Shown piece after piece: positions 12,069 to 21,900 of a stretch of DNA of 64,000 bases; the first letter of the stretch is position 1; each line of letters begins with the position of its first letter. The DNA is taken from the NCBI GenBank assembly GCA_050613775.1, contig JBODTK010000151.1, positions 1 through 64,000 of the forward strand. The letters are read 5' to 3'. The notes beneath the pieces were generated by a model. It was given only the letters and a program-made list of their open reading frames with translations, ran no database searches and had not been told where the DNA came from. The position numbers and the translations under genes are program-made. This stretch comes from Neocallimastix sp. 'constans' (lineage: Eukaryota).

Positions 12069-15000
12069 ATTAAATAATTTACAAAATAATACTTTTACTA
12101 AGAATACTCCAATTGATAATAATTCCTTTAATGAAGAATCTGAAGAATCTGATTTTAGTGACACAACTGAAAGTGAGGATGATATCATTATAAATGCTAT
12201 AAAAAGAAAAATGAATGATAATAACAGCGAAAAAGAAGAAAATAATTCCAAGAAAGTACATAAAAGTTTAAAAGATAATCCACGTCCTTTCGCAACTCCT
12301 GCTTTAAGAAAGAAGAAAGAAAATGAGCTACATAATAAACCAAATAAAGTTTATAAAAATCAAATACTTCCTTCAATTTTAACTCAACCAAATATTAATA
12401 AAGAAAAACAAAAAGAAAAGGAATTAAGAAATATGACAAGAGTAAGAGAAAGTAAAGAAGAAAACAACAATTATTCATCAAAAGGAAAGGAAAAAGTTGA
12501 ATCTGAAGATATACTTGTAATCGATAATGAAATAGAAGATCTAGAAATGAATAAAGATAATCAACAAAATAAAACTAATACTTTGGAAAAATTAATTTCA
12601 ACAAAAACTAAAGAAACTAATAATGGAAATACTCAGTTAGTAAAAAGGAATATCAAAATGATGAATAATAAAGAACCTTACAATATTATGGATGATTTAA
12701 ATAATCTTAAATCCAGTATTACGATAGGTCAACTCTTGAATGCATGTCCGAAAATTCGTTCACAATTAACTCAAGGTTTAAAGTTAGAAAAATCAAAAAT
12801 AATTGGAACTGTAGACAATATAATAGCACGAACTTTATTAGTAAATAACTATGATCATAGTTACATAAGTAAAAGTAATGAAGTAGCCGAAGAAGACTTA
12901 GCAATGATTGATGCAAGTGTTGACGGAGTACTAGGAAAACTTTTAATTGATTCTTGTAGTAACCTAAGCATCGTTACTAAGCAGTATTTTGATAAATTAC
13001 CTGGTGAATATGAAACAGTTGGAAAAAGTCGTGGAAGAATCCAACTAGCAACACAAGATGAAGAATACTCGGAAGGAATTATTGTTCGATTACCAGTAAA
13101 AATTAATAATTATGAATTTAATGCGGACTTTAGAATTATTGAGAAAGAAGACTCATTTTATGATATGTTAATAAACTTTAAAACTCAAATCGATCATTGT
13201 TTATTTATTCATCCAACCTTAAACAGTCTATGTAAACTTTTGTCAGAAAGTGAATATGAAGAAATAGCTAAAATAAATAATCAATATTATGATGAAGAAA
13301 GTATAATCTGCACTATTAGAAAAGTTGAAGAAACGAATAATGAAAAGGAAATTATAAAGGAATTAACTCCAATGGAATTTATTGAGAGTGATGAATTTTT
13401 AAGTACCTTAAATAAAGATTATAAAGAACAAATTATTAAAATTCTCAAAGAAATGATTGACATAGTTGCCACTTCAACAGAAGAACTAACTCCTTCTAAA
13501 CTTTCACCACATAAGATCCGTTTGAAAGCAAATGCAAAGCCAGTAAAATTAAGAAGTTATAGGTTAACTAAATTAAAATCAGATATCTTAAAAGAAGAAC
13601 TTACAAAGCTTATTAAGAAAGGATTGATAGAACCATCCTGTTCAGAATGGTCATCTCCAGTAGTACTCATTCTAAAACACAATGGAAAGTGGCGCTTGTG
13701 CATTGACTACCGAAAAGTCAATGATATGACAGAAAAAGATTCTTATTCAGTTCCATATATAGATGAAATTTTTGATAGTATCGGAGGAGCTAAAATATTT
13801 ACAACTCTTGATTTATTTTCTGGTTTTCACCAAATCTTAATGGATGAAGAAAGCGTTGAAGTAACCACTTTCACTACTAAGTTTGGAAATTATCAATTTA
13901 AGGTTATGCCTTTTGGACTTACTGGAGCTCCCTCAACCTTCCAAAGAGAAATGAATAAAATTTTATTCCCTTTTATTGGTGAATTTGTTTATGTATTTAT
14001 TGATGATGTTTTGATCTATTCAAAAAGTATCGAAGAACATTTAATTCATATTAAACAAGTATTAGAAGTATTTAAAGAAAACAAGTTAAAAATTAATATT
14101 GAAAAGTGCCATTTTCTTCAAACTGAAGTTGATGTATTAGGTCACAAACTTACTACTAAAGGATTAAGTCCCATGGAAAGTAAAATAACAGCTATTAAGA
14201 AGTGGGAAGCCCCTTCATCAATGCATGAATTAAGATCATTTCTAGGAGCAGTAGGATATTATCGTGACTTTATTCCTAAATATGCTCAAATTACCTCACC
14301 TTTATGTAAATTATTAAAAAAGAATACTAAATATGAATGGAATAAAGAACAACAAGAAAGCTTTGAACTCCTAAAAGAAAAATTAATCAATGCACCTATT
14401 CTAAAATTTCCGTTATTTGACAAACCTTTTATCATTAGAACTGATGCTTCGTATAATGGAATTGGTGGAGTTCTTTTACAAAAAGAAGAAGAAACCGGTA
14501 AGGAGCATCCAATACACTTTATAAGTAGAAGTTTGAAGAAAGCTGAAAAGAATTATGGTATCACAGATTTGGAAGGAACAGCTTTATTCTACTGTATGAC
14601 TAAATTTAAATCTTATATTGAAGGAAATCCATTACCTACAACTATTTACACAGATCATAAACCATTAGTTGGTTTATTTAAAAATAAAGAACCTTTGAAT
14701 GCAAGGCAAACAAGATGGTGTCTAACCGCTAGTATGCTTGGAATTAATATAAAATATGAATCAGGCAAAAAGAATGTGTTAGCTGATGCTCTTTCAAGAA
14801 TGAAAAGTAAGGAAGAGAGAAAGATATTATTAACAAAAATTACTAATGGAAATAATGAAGAATTATTATCTAAGGTTATAAAGGAATTTATTAATGAAAA
14901 GTTTACTGTTATTGATGGTGAAGATTACTTTATCGACAATGGAAATTATAGAAAATTAATAACGGACGAAAATGAAAGGTTTAAATTAATTTTAGAAGCT

Positions 15001-16026
15001 CATAATATTGGCCACGAAGGATATTACAAAACATATCAAAGACTTAAGAAAAACTTTTATTGGAATCATATGATTGAAGATATCAAAAGAATTGTTAGTA
15101 ATTGTGAAAAATGCCAATTAAATCGTCCTCAACCATATCCAGAACCAACTGAAAACCATCCAACTAAAGTGGAGGGTCCCTTTGTGCATTTAGGATTAGA
15201 TATTATAGGACCGTTACCAAAAACAAGAAATAATAATCAATATATTATAGTAACTGTTGATTACTTTACCAAATGGATTGAAGCCGAACCCACTGAAAAC
15301 ATAACTTCTTCTGATATAATTAAATTTTTAATAAACGTTTTTGCAAGACATGGTGTACCTCAAGTTATTACTACTGATAATGGAGTCCAATTCACTTCTG
15401 ATATGACTAAAATCTTTCTTGATCTTTATGATGTATATGTTAAATTTGTAGCTACTTACCACCCTGAATCAAATGGTCTTACTGAAAATCGAAACAAAGA
15501 AATTGGAAAATTACTTCGTTTATTAGGAAGGAAAAATCAAGATTGGGATGAAGTTTTACCTTCTGCTTTATGGGCACTTCGAACTACCAAAAATACAGCT
15601 ACTGGACATTCTAGTTTTGAATTGGTATATGGAAGAGAAGACCAACAGCCTTATGATATAGCCATAAGAACAATTGAAAATGCAGGTAAATCATATGATG
15701 AAATTTTAATGGAAAAATTTGTTCGTCATTATCAATGGACTAGAGAAGCATGCGAAAATGTGAAGAATGCTAACAAGTATTGGGCAACAAGACGAGAAGA
15801 ACAAATAAGTATGAAAAAAGGAAAAGAATTAAAGGCTGGTGATCTTGTTCTTGTTAGAAACTTTAGCCGCACTAAGCTAGAACCATATTACAATGGACCA
15901 TTTAAAATTTTAAAAATTCAATTCAACACGGCAACCCTAATCGATCAGAAGACTGGAAAGCAACTCGATAGGAATGTTCACTTTAAAAATTTAGTAAAGT
16001 TTAACTCCGCTTACAGAGAAGCTTGA
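12016..16026 (+). CDS. pol: Retrotransposon Pol polyprotein (protease, RT, RNase H, integrase), expressed as a Gag-Pol fusion
   Basis: Protease LLIDSCSNLSIV; RT WRLCIDYRKVN, VMPFGLTGAP, VFIDDVLIYS; RNase H RTDASYNGIGG, NVLADALSR; integrase HNIGH...CEKC, LDIIGP, TDNGVQF, ESNGLTE, GPF. No chromodomain. The frame is open upstream of the ORF-track ATG at 12211 back to the slippery site. Confidence 0.96.
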   Translation, partial: FKLLNGRRSTPNDKTIASLNNLQNNTFTKNTPIDNNSFNEESEESDFSDTTESEDDIIINAIKRKMNDNNSEKEENNSKKVHKSLKDNPRPFATPALRKKKENELHNKPNKVYKNQILPSILTQPNINKEKQKEKELRNMTRVRESKEENNNYSSKGKEKVESEDILVIDNEIEDLEMNKDNQQNKTNTLEKLISTKTKETNNGNTQLVKRNIKMMNNKEPYNIMDDLNNLKSSITIGQLLNACPKIRSQLTQGLKLEKSKIIGTVDNIIARTLLVNNYDHSYISKSNEVAEEDLAMIDASVDGVLGKLLIDSCSNLSIVTKQYFDKLPGEYETVGKSRGRIQLATQDEEYSEGIIVRLPVKINNYEFNADFRIIEKEDSFYDMLINFKTQIDHCLFIHPTLNSLCKLLSESEYEEIAKINNQYYDEESIICTIRKVEETNNEKEIIKELTPMEFIESDEFLSTLNKDYKEQIIKILKEMIDIVATSTEELTPSKLSPHKIRLKANAKPVKLRSYRLTKLKSDILKEELTKLIKKGLIEPSCSEWSSPVVLILKHNGKWRLCIDYRKVNDMTEKDSYSVPYIDEIFDSIGGAKIFTTLDLFSGFHQILMDEESVEVTTFTTKFGNYQFKVMPFGLTGAPSTFQREMNKILFPFIGEFVYVFIDDVLIYSKSIEEHLIHIKQVLEVFKENKLKINIEKCHFLQTEVDVLGHKLTTKGLSPMESKITAIKKWEAPSSMHELRSFLGAVGYYRDFIPKYAQITSPLCKLLKKNTKYEWNKEQQESFELLKEKLINAPILKFPLFDKPFIIRTDASYNGIGGVLLQKEEETGKEHPIHFISRSLKKAEKNYGITDLEGTALFYCMTKFKSYIEGNPLPTTIYTDHKPLVGLFKNKEPLNARQTRWCLTASMLGINIKYESGKKNVLADALSRMKSKEERKILLTKITNGNNEELLSKVIKEFINEKFTVIDGEDYFIDNGNYRKLITDENERFKLILEAHNIGHEGYYKTYQRLKKNFYWNHMIEDIKRIVSNCEKCQLNRPQPYPEPTENHPTKVEGPFVHLGLDIIGPLPKTRNNNQYIIVTVDYFTKWIEAEPTENITSSDIIKFLINVFARHGVPQVITTDNGVQFTSDMTKIFLDLYDVYVKFVATYHPESNGLTENRNKEIGKLLRLLGRKNQDWDEVLPSALWALRTTKNTATGHSSFELVYGREDQQPYDIAIRTIENAGKSYDEILMEKFVRHYQWTREACENVKNANKYWATRREEQISMKKGKELKAGDLVLVRNFSRTKLEPYYNGPFKILKIQFNTATLIDQKTGKQLDRNVHFKNLVKFNSAYREA

Positions 16027-16044
16027 GTCTTCGTCGGGGCATCT

Positions 16045-16530
16045 TGATAAGAATGTACTAAATAATGCATTCTTAATTAAATCTACGATTTATTTCTAAT
16101 ACATTATGTGTACATTATTATTTTTGTACTTTAATAAATTTTTAAATCCAAAAATCAAAAATTAAATCAAAAATTATATTAAACTTTATATTTTTATATT
16201 AAATCTTATATTAATAGTAATATTTTTATATATTTAAAACTTATATTAGCAATATTAATAATAAATCTTATTTTTTTATTTTTATATTAATAATGAAAAT
16301 TTGTATTAATAATATTTTTATATATTGATAATTAAAAATTTATATATTATATTTTAACTTTTATTATAAAATTTTATATCGAAATGTTTTATTTTATATT
16401 GAAAAATATTTTATTTTATTAAAAACCTTTATATTAGAATAGTATTTTTATTTTTATTTGAATATTTTAACAGATTGTAATAAAAATTATAGCCAATTAA
16501 ATAAATTCTTATTAGTAATATTTTAGATAG

Positions 16531-16590
<60 letters not shown>

Positions 16591-16902
16591 GTTTTATTAA
16601 TATTATAAATGTATTTTATTTATATTGTTATAATTAAATTTTATATAATTGATTATAAAAATCAATTTAAATTTAATAGTTTTTATAAAAAAAAAAAATA
16701 AAAATAAAATGTAATTTAGTGGCAAGAACAACTTTTATGCCTTGAAAAAAAAGTATAAATAGTTGTAAATTTTGCTACTAATTTTTAAAAATCATCAAGT
16801 AAAATTAATAAAATAAATTTATAAATAAAAATAATAAATAAAAAAAAAATAAAATTTGTGTTTCTTTACTTTATTTTTATTTAATTCTCTAAAACCTTAA
16901 CA
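16045..16902 (+). repeat. 3' LTR (858 bp)
   Basis: Direct repeat of 8791-9648, followed by TSD AAAG. Confidence 0.96.
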
Positions 16903-16951
16903 AAAGTTTGTGCATGTCCAATAGAAATAATAGAAAATAATAGAAAAAATA

Positions 16952-17082
16952 TTTAGAAAAATTATTTAGAAAAATTATTTAGAAAAATTATTTAGAAAAA
17001 TTATTTAGAAAAATTATTTAGAAAAATTATTTAGAAAAATTATTTAGAAAAATTATTTAGAAAAATTATTTAGAAAAATTAT
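16952..17082. repeat. 13-bp minisatellite (TTTAGAAAAATTA), about 10 copies
   Basis: Read directly from the sequence. Confidence 0.9.
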
Positions 17083-17248
17083 TAATATAAATATTTATTA
17101 AAAATTATTTTTATATAATGAATCTTAAAATATATTATTAAAGATAATTTATTATTACTAATAATAATTAAAATATTAAATTAAATAATTGTTGATTATA
17201 TAGCAAAATTAGTTATATTAATTATAACGGAGATTGAATGTGTTAATA

Positions 17249-17330
17249 TTAAAATAGTTTTTAGATAATGTTAAACAATATGAATAATTTTTAATTCATA
17301 TTGTTTAACATTATCTAAAAACTATTTTAA
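17249..17330. repeat. Perfect 37-bp inverted repeat with 8-nt loop
   Basis: TTAAAATAGTTTTTAGATAATGTTAAACAATATGAAT (17249-17285) is the exact reverse complement of 17294-17330. Confidence 0.92.
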
Positions 17331-17977
17331 GTAAAAAGTTATGAAAATTTATATTTATTAATTTTAGTGTTTCGACAAATAATATTTATAAAATTAGTAA
17401 AATATAATTATGAAAATAGTTTATAAATAAATATTTTTTTTTTAATGAATAATAATTGCAACATGTATTTTTTATATGATAAAATATAATAAATAAAATA
17501 ATAAAAATAAATAAATAAAAAGTAAATAAATAAATATAATTATTGTAATATAATATTCTTGGAGTAATTCCCTTTTGCATAAACGCACAACTAACATATA
17601 CGGTATTTAATAAAATATCGTATCAAAAATGGTACGAGACCAAATGAAAAATGAAAATTAAATACAACTAAATTTACTAATGTTAAGATAATAATTGAAT
17701 TTCAATTTAATTCAATTTCTATTTCAATAATTCAGTTATTTGAATTTCAATATTAATAAATAATGATATATAATAATCATTATTAAATTAACTTTATTAA
17801 AATATTTAGGAATTAGTCTAGGCCAACTAATTCAGAGAAAAAATGCTTATTTTCAGATTATACTTTATTTTTTTTTTTTTTTTTTAGTATATTGATCATA
17901 AGTTAGTATGAACTATATAAATTTATAGATTAATCATCTATTTAAACCGATGAAGTTATTACCCATGACTTGGGGCC

Positions 17978-18465
17978 GCTGTGTTGGCTCAATCAGGTAA
18001 GGACAATACATGTTACTGTAGAAACCTTGGTTCGATCCCGACATGGCCATATAATATGCTTTGAGGTTTCTATCCTGGGGTATCATAAAACCACAGTGGT
18101 ATCCAAAAGACTTTCCCTTGGCAGCATATTGGACCCAACCCCGGTGATACTACGCTACGACTTAATCATAGGCACTGATGATAATATGCCCACACGCCAA
18201 TGATTACACCCACTGGAGGGGTGAATGGTTTCGACTTTCACTGGATTCTTTACCATACCATTTCGGCATCAACACGGACATTTCTCTAAGCAAGGCTAAT
18301 ATGAAAGGTACTCCTTATACGCCGTTGTATATAATAGGTTTCTTTTCAGTGATCTCTTGAACCATCATCGAGGGAAGAACAACTACACTAATCCTTTCAT
18401 TGATAAAGTGCTTTCTGCATTAACAATTACAGAGATATATAATATGACATTAATGTATTGTTTTT
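17978..18465 (+). ncRNA. tRNA-derived Pol III unit: degenerate tRNA head plus structured GC-rich body (SINE or ncRNA candidate)
   Basis: A-box-like TGGCTCAATCAGG (17985-97); B box GGTTCGATCCC (18029-39); acceptor-like stem GCTGTGT/ACATGGC; body lacks a T5 run until ~18461. The 3' boundary is approximate. Confidence 0.55.
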
Positions 18466-18856
18466 ATTTAATTTTAAAATTAATTTATGATAGTAATACA
18501 TACAAAATATAATATTCAATTCATTAAAACACATTTATTATATATAAGAATTAATAAATTATTAAAAACATTAAAAAAAAAAAAAGAGATGGGAAATTTA
18601 AAAATACTTTCAGATATTTTATTATCTTTTTTTTTTCTTTTAAATAAAAATAAAAATAAAAATATTATCTTTTTATACATATGTATAAATGGAATATATT
18701 TAACTGTATATTTAATAGGTAAATATATGTACATAAGTTTAAATAAATAGATAAGAATAATAATTCATTAAATATATATACACGTTAATATGTATAAATA
18801 GAATGTATTTAACTATAAATTTAGTAAATAAATATGTATATCATAATTTTAAATAA

Positions 18857-18906
<50 letters not shown>

Positions 18907-18968
18907 TTGTTATATATATTCATATTAGTTTTGTATTTATAAAATAAACATATATATCAGATATATAT

Positions 18969-21900
18969 TTATGTATTTATTTTTTCGTTAACTTTTCTTT
19001 CTTTCTTTAAATTTTTTAATTCATTTCCTTGTATTAAATTATTATTTTCTGAATTTCCCCTTTTTTCCTGTAAACCCCTAATATTATTCTTTTTTTCTAA
19101 CAGATACTCTAATTTTTCAATTAAATCTCTTTGTTCTTCTAAATTTTTTATTAACTTTTGATTCTCAGATTTTTCTTTTTTCTTATATAGGTGCATTTTT
19201 TTTCCATAATCTTTTTTTAAGTTTTCATAATTTAAATGCTCTGTTTCTTTAAGTTTTTCTATCATGCGTTTCTGATTTTCTATTTCATTAATTAAATCTT
19301 CTTTTTGTTTTTGTTCTTGTTTTTCTTTTTTTATCCATTCCATTTTTAATCTTTCTCTTTCGTTTCTTTCTTCCGAAAGTCGTTTTCTAAGTTGGTTTTT
19401 TTGTTCTTCTAATAATACTTTTTGTTCTGCTTCTCGTTCTTCCATAGATACTTTTTGATCTTCGTATTCTTTAAGTAATTTATTGAAAGATTTTAGTTGC
19501 GTCTGCAAACGTTTTTTATTTTTCTCTTCCATTATTTTTTGCTCTCTCTCTTTTTTATTTTCCTGTAAATTTTTTAATTCATTCTTTTTTTGCTTTTGTA
19601 ACTCTGTTTGCTCAGCTTCTCTTTTCTTCTGTTGCTCATTTTCTTCTAGATTTTTTTGTAATATTTCTTGTTCTTTCTGTTTACTATTTAAATTCTTATT
19701 ATTTTCTTCATTCTTCGTTGGTATTTTGTTGGTTTTTTTCGGTTTATTTTTCAATTTCGCCAATTCTAATTGTTTCATTTCTTTTTGCTTTTCCTTAACA
19801 TGTTCTAACTCTTCGACCAACCTTTTCTGTTCTTCTAATTCTTTAATTAAATTTTCTCTCTCTGTTTGACTCTCTTCTTTTTGTTTTTCTCTTATATGTT
19901 CTAACTCTTCAACTAATTTTTTTTGTTCTTCTAATTCTTTTATTAAATTCTCTCTCTCTAATTGAATTTCTTTAATTTCTGACATATTTGGATTTTCTTG
20001 TATTCCTCTTTTATTTTCTAGTTCCTTTGCTTCTTTTTCCTGTTCTAATGATTTTTTTTCACGCTCTACTGATTCTTTTTCTTGATCCATCTTTTCTTTT
20101 TCTCGCTTCATTTCTTCTTTTTCCTGATCCATCTTTTCCTTATCTTGTTTCATTTCATCTTTTTCTTGTTCCATTTTTTCCTTATCTTCTTTCATTTCAT
20201 CTTTTTCTTGTTCTATCTTTTCTTTTTCTTGCTTAATATCTTCTTTTTCTTGATTAATCTTTTCTTTTTCTTGTTCAATATTTTCTTTTTCTTGATTAAT
20301 ATTTTCTTTTTCTTGTTCAATATTTTCTTTTTCTTGATTAATATTTTTTTTTTCTTGTTCAATATTTTCTTTTTCTTGATTAATATTTTCTTTTTCTTGT
20401 TCAATATTTTCTTTTTCTTGTTCAATATTTTCTTTTTCTTGATTAATATTTTCTTTTTCTTGTTCAATATTTTCTTTTTCTTGTTTTATATCTTCTTTTT
20501 CTTGTTCAATATTTTCTTTTTCTTGATTAATATTTTCTTTTTCTTGCTCAATATTATCTTTTTCTCGTTCAATATTTTCTTTTTCTTGCTTTATCTCTTC
20601 CTTTTCTTGTTCAATATTTTCTTTTTCTTGTTCAATATTTTCTTTTTCTTGTTCAATATTTTCTTTTTCTTGATTAATCTTTTCTTTTTCTTGTTCAATA
20701 TTTTCTTTTTCTTGTTCAATATTTTCTTTTTCTTGTTCAATATTTTCTTTTTCTTGTTTTATATTTTCTTTTTCTTGTTCAATATTTTCTTTTTCTTGTT
20801 TTATATCTTCTTTTTCTTGTTTTATCTCTTCCTTTTCTTGTTCAATATTTTCTTTTTCTTGATTAATATTTTCTTTTTCTTGGTCAATATTTTCTTTTTC
20901 TTGGTCAATATTTTCTTTTTCTTGGTTAATATTTTCTTTTTCTTGTTTTATCTCTTCCTTTTCTTGTTCAATATTTTCTTTTTCTTGTTCAATATTTTCT
21001 TTTTCTTGATTAATCTTTTCTTTTTCTTGTTCAATATTTTCTTTTTCTTGTTTTATCTCTTCCTTTTCTTGTCCAATATTTTCTTTTTCTTGTTTTATAT
21101 CCTCTTTTTCTTGTTTTATATCCTCTTTTTCTTGTTTTATATCCTCTTTTTCTTGTTCAATATTTTCTTTTTCTTGTTCAATATTTTCTTTTTCTTGTTC
21201 AATGTTTTCTTTTTCCTGCTCAATACTTTCTTTTTCTTGTTCAATATTATTTTTTTCTTGTTCAATATTTTCTTTTTCTTGATTAATCTTTTCTTTTTCT
21301 TGTTTTATGTCTTCTTTTTCTTGCTTAATATTTTCTTTTTCTTGTTCAATATTTTCTTTTTCTTGTTCAATATTTTCTTTTTCTTGTTCAATATTTTCTT
21401 TTTCTTGTTCAATATTTTCTTTTTCTTGTTCAATATTTTCTTTTTCTTGTTCAATATTTTCTTTTTCTTGCTCTATATCTTCTTTTTCTTGCTGTATATC
21501 TTCTTTTTCTCGTTTAATATTTTCTTTTTCTTGTTCAATATTTTCTTTTTCTTGTTTTATATTTTCTTTCTCTTGTTTTATATCTTCTTTTTCTTGTTCA
21601 ATATTTTCTTTTTCTTTTCCTAATTTTTCTTTTTCTTGTTTAATATCTTCCTTTTCTTGTTTTATATCTTCTTTTTCTTGTTTTATATTTTCTTTTTCTT
21701 GTTTTATATCTTCTTTTTCTTGTTCAATATTTTCTTTTTCTTTTCCTAATTTTTCTTTTTCTTGTTTAATATCTTCCTTTTCTTGTTTTATATCTTCTTT
21801 TTCTTGTTTTATATCTTCTTTTTCTTGTTTTATATCTTCTTTTTCTTGTTTTATATCTTCTTTTTCTTGTTTTATATCTTCTTTTTCTTGTTTTATATCT

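Larger units (their letters stand above)
8791..16902 (+). mobile_element. Full-length Ty3/gypsy (Metaviridae) LTR retrotransposon
   Basis: Two TG...CA LTRs, 4-bp TSD AAAG (8787-8790 and 16903-16906), PBS, gag with a zinc knuckle, and pol in PR-RT-RH-IN order. Confidence 0.97.

Noticed and set aside
17978..18049. Functional tRNA gene
   Set aside because: D stem mispaired, anticodon loop 6 nt and T stem two bases short; kept only as a tRNA-derived head.
18100..18120. RNase P/MRP CR-I-like GGGAAAGTC on the minus strand
   Set aside because: No matching CR-V or P4 partner could be found by eye.
18171..18191. Hammerhead ribozyme (CTGATGA at ~18175)
   Set aside because: No stem II followed by GAAA and no stem III with a cleavage triplet.
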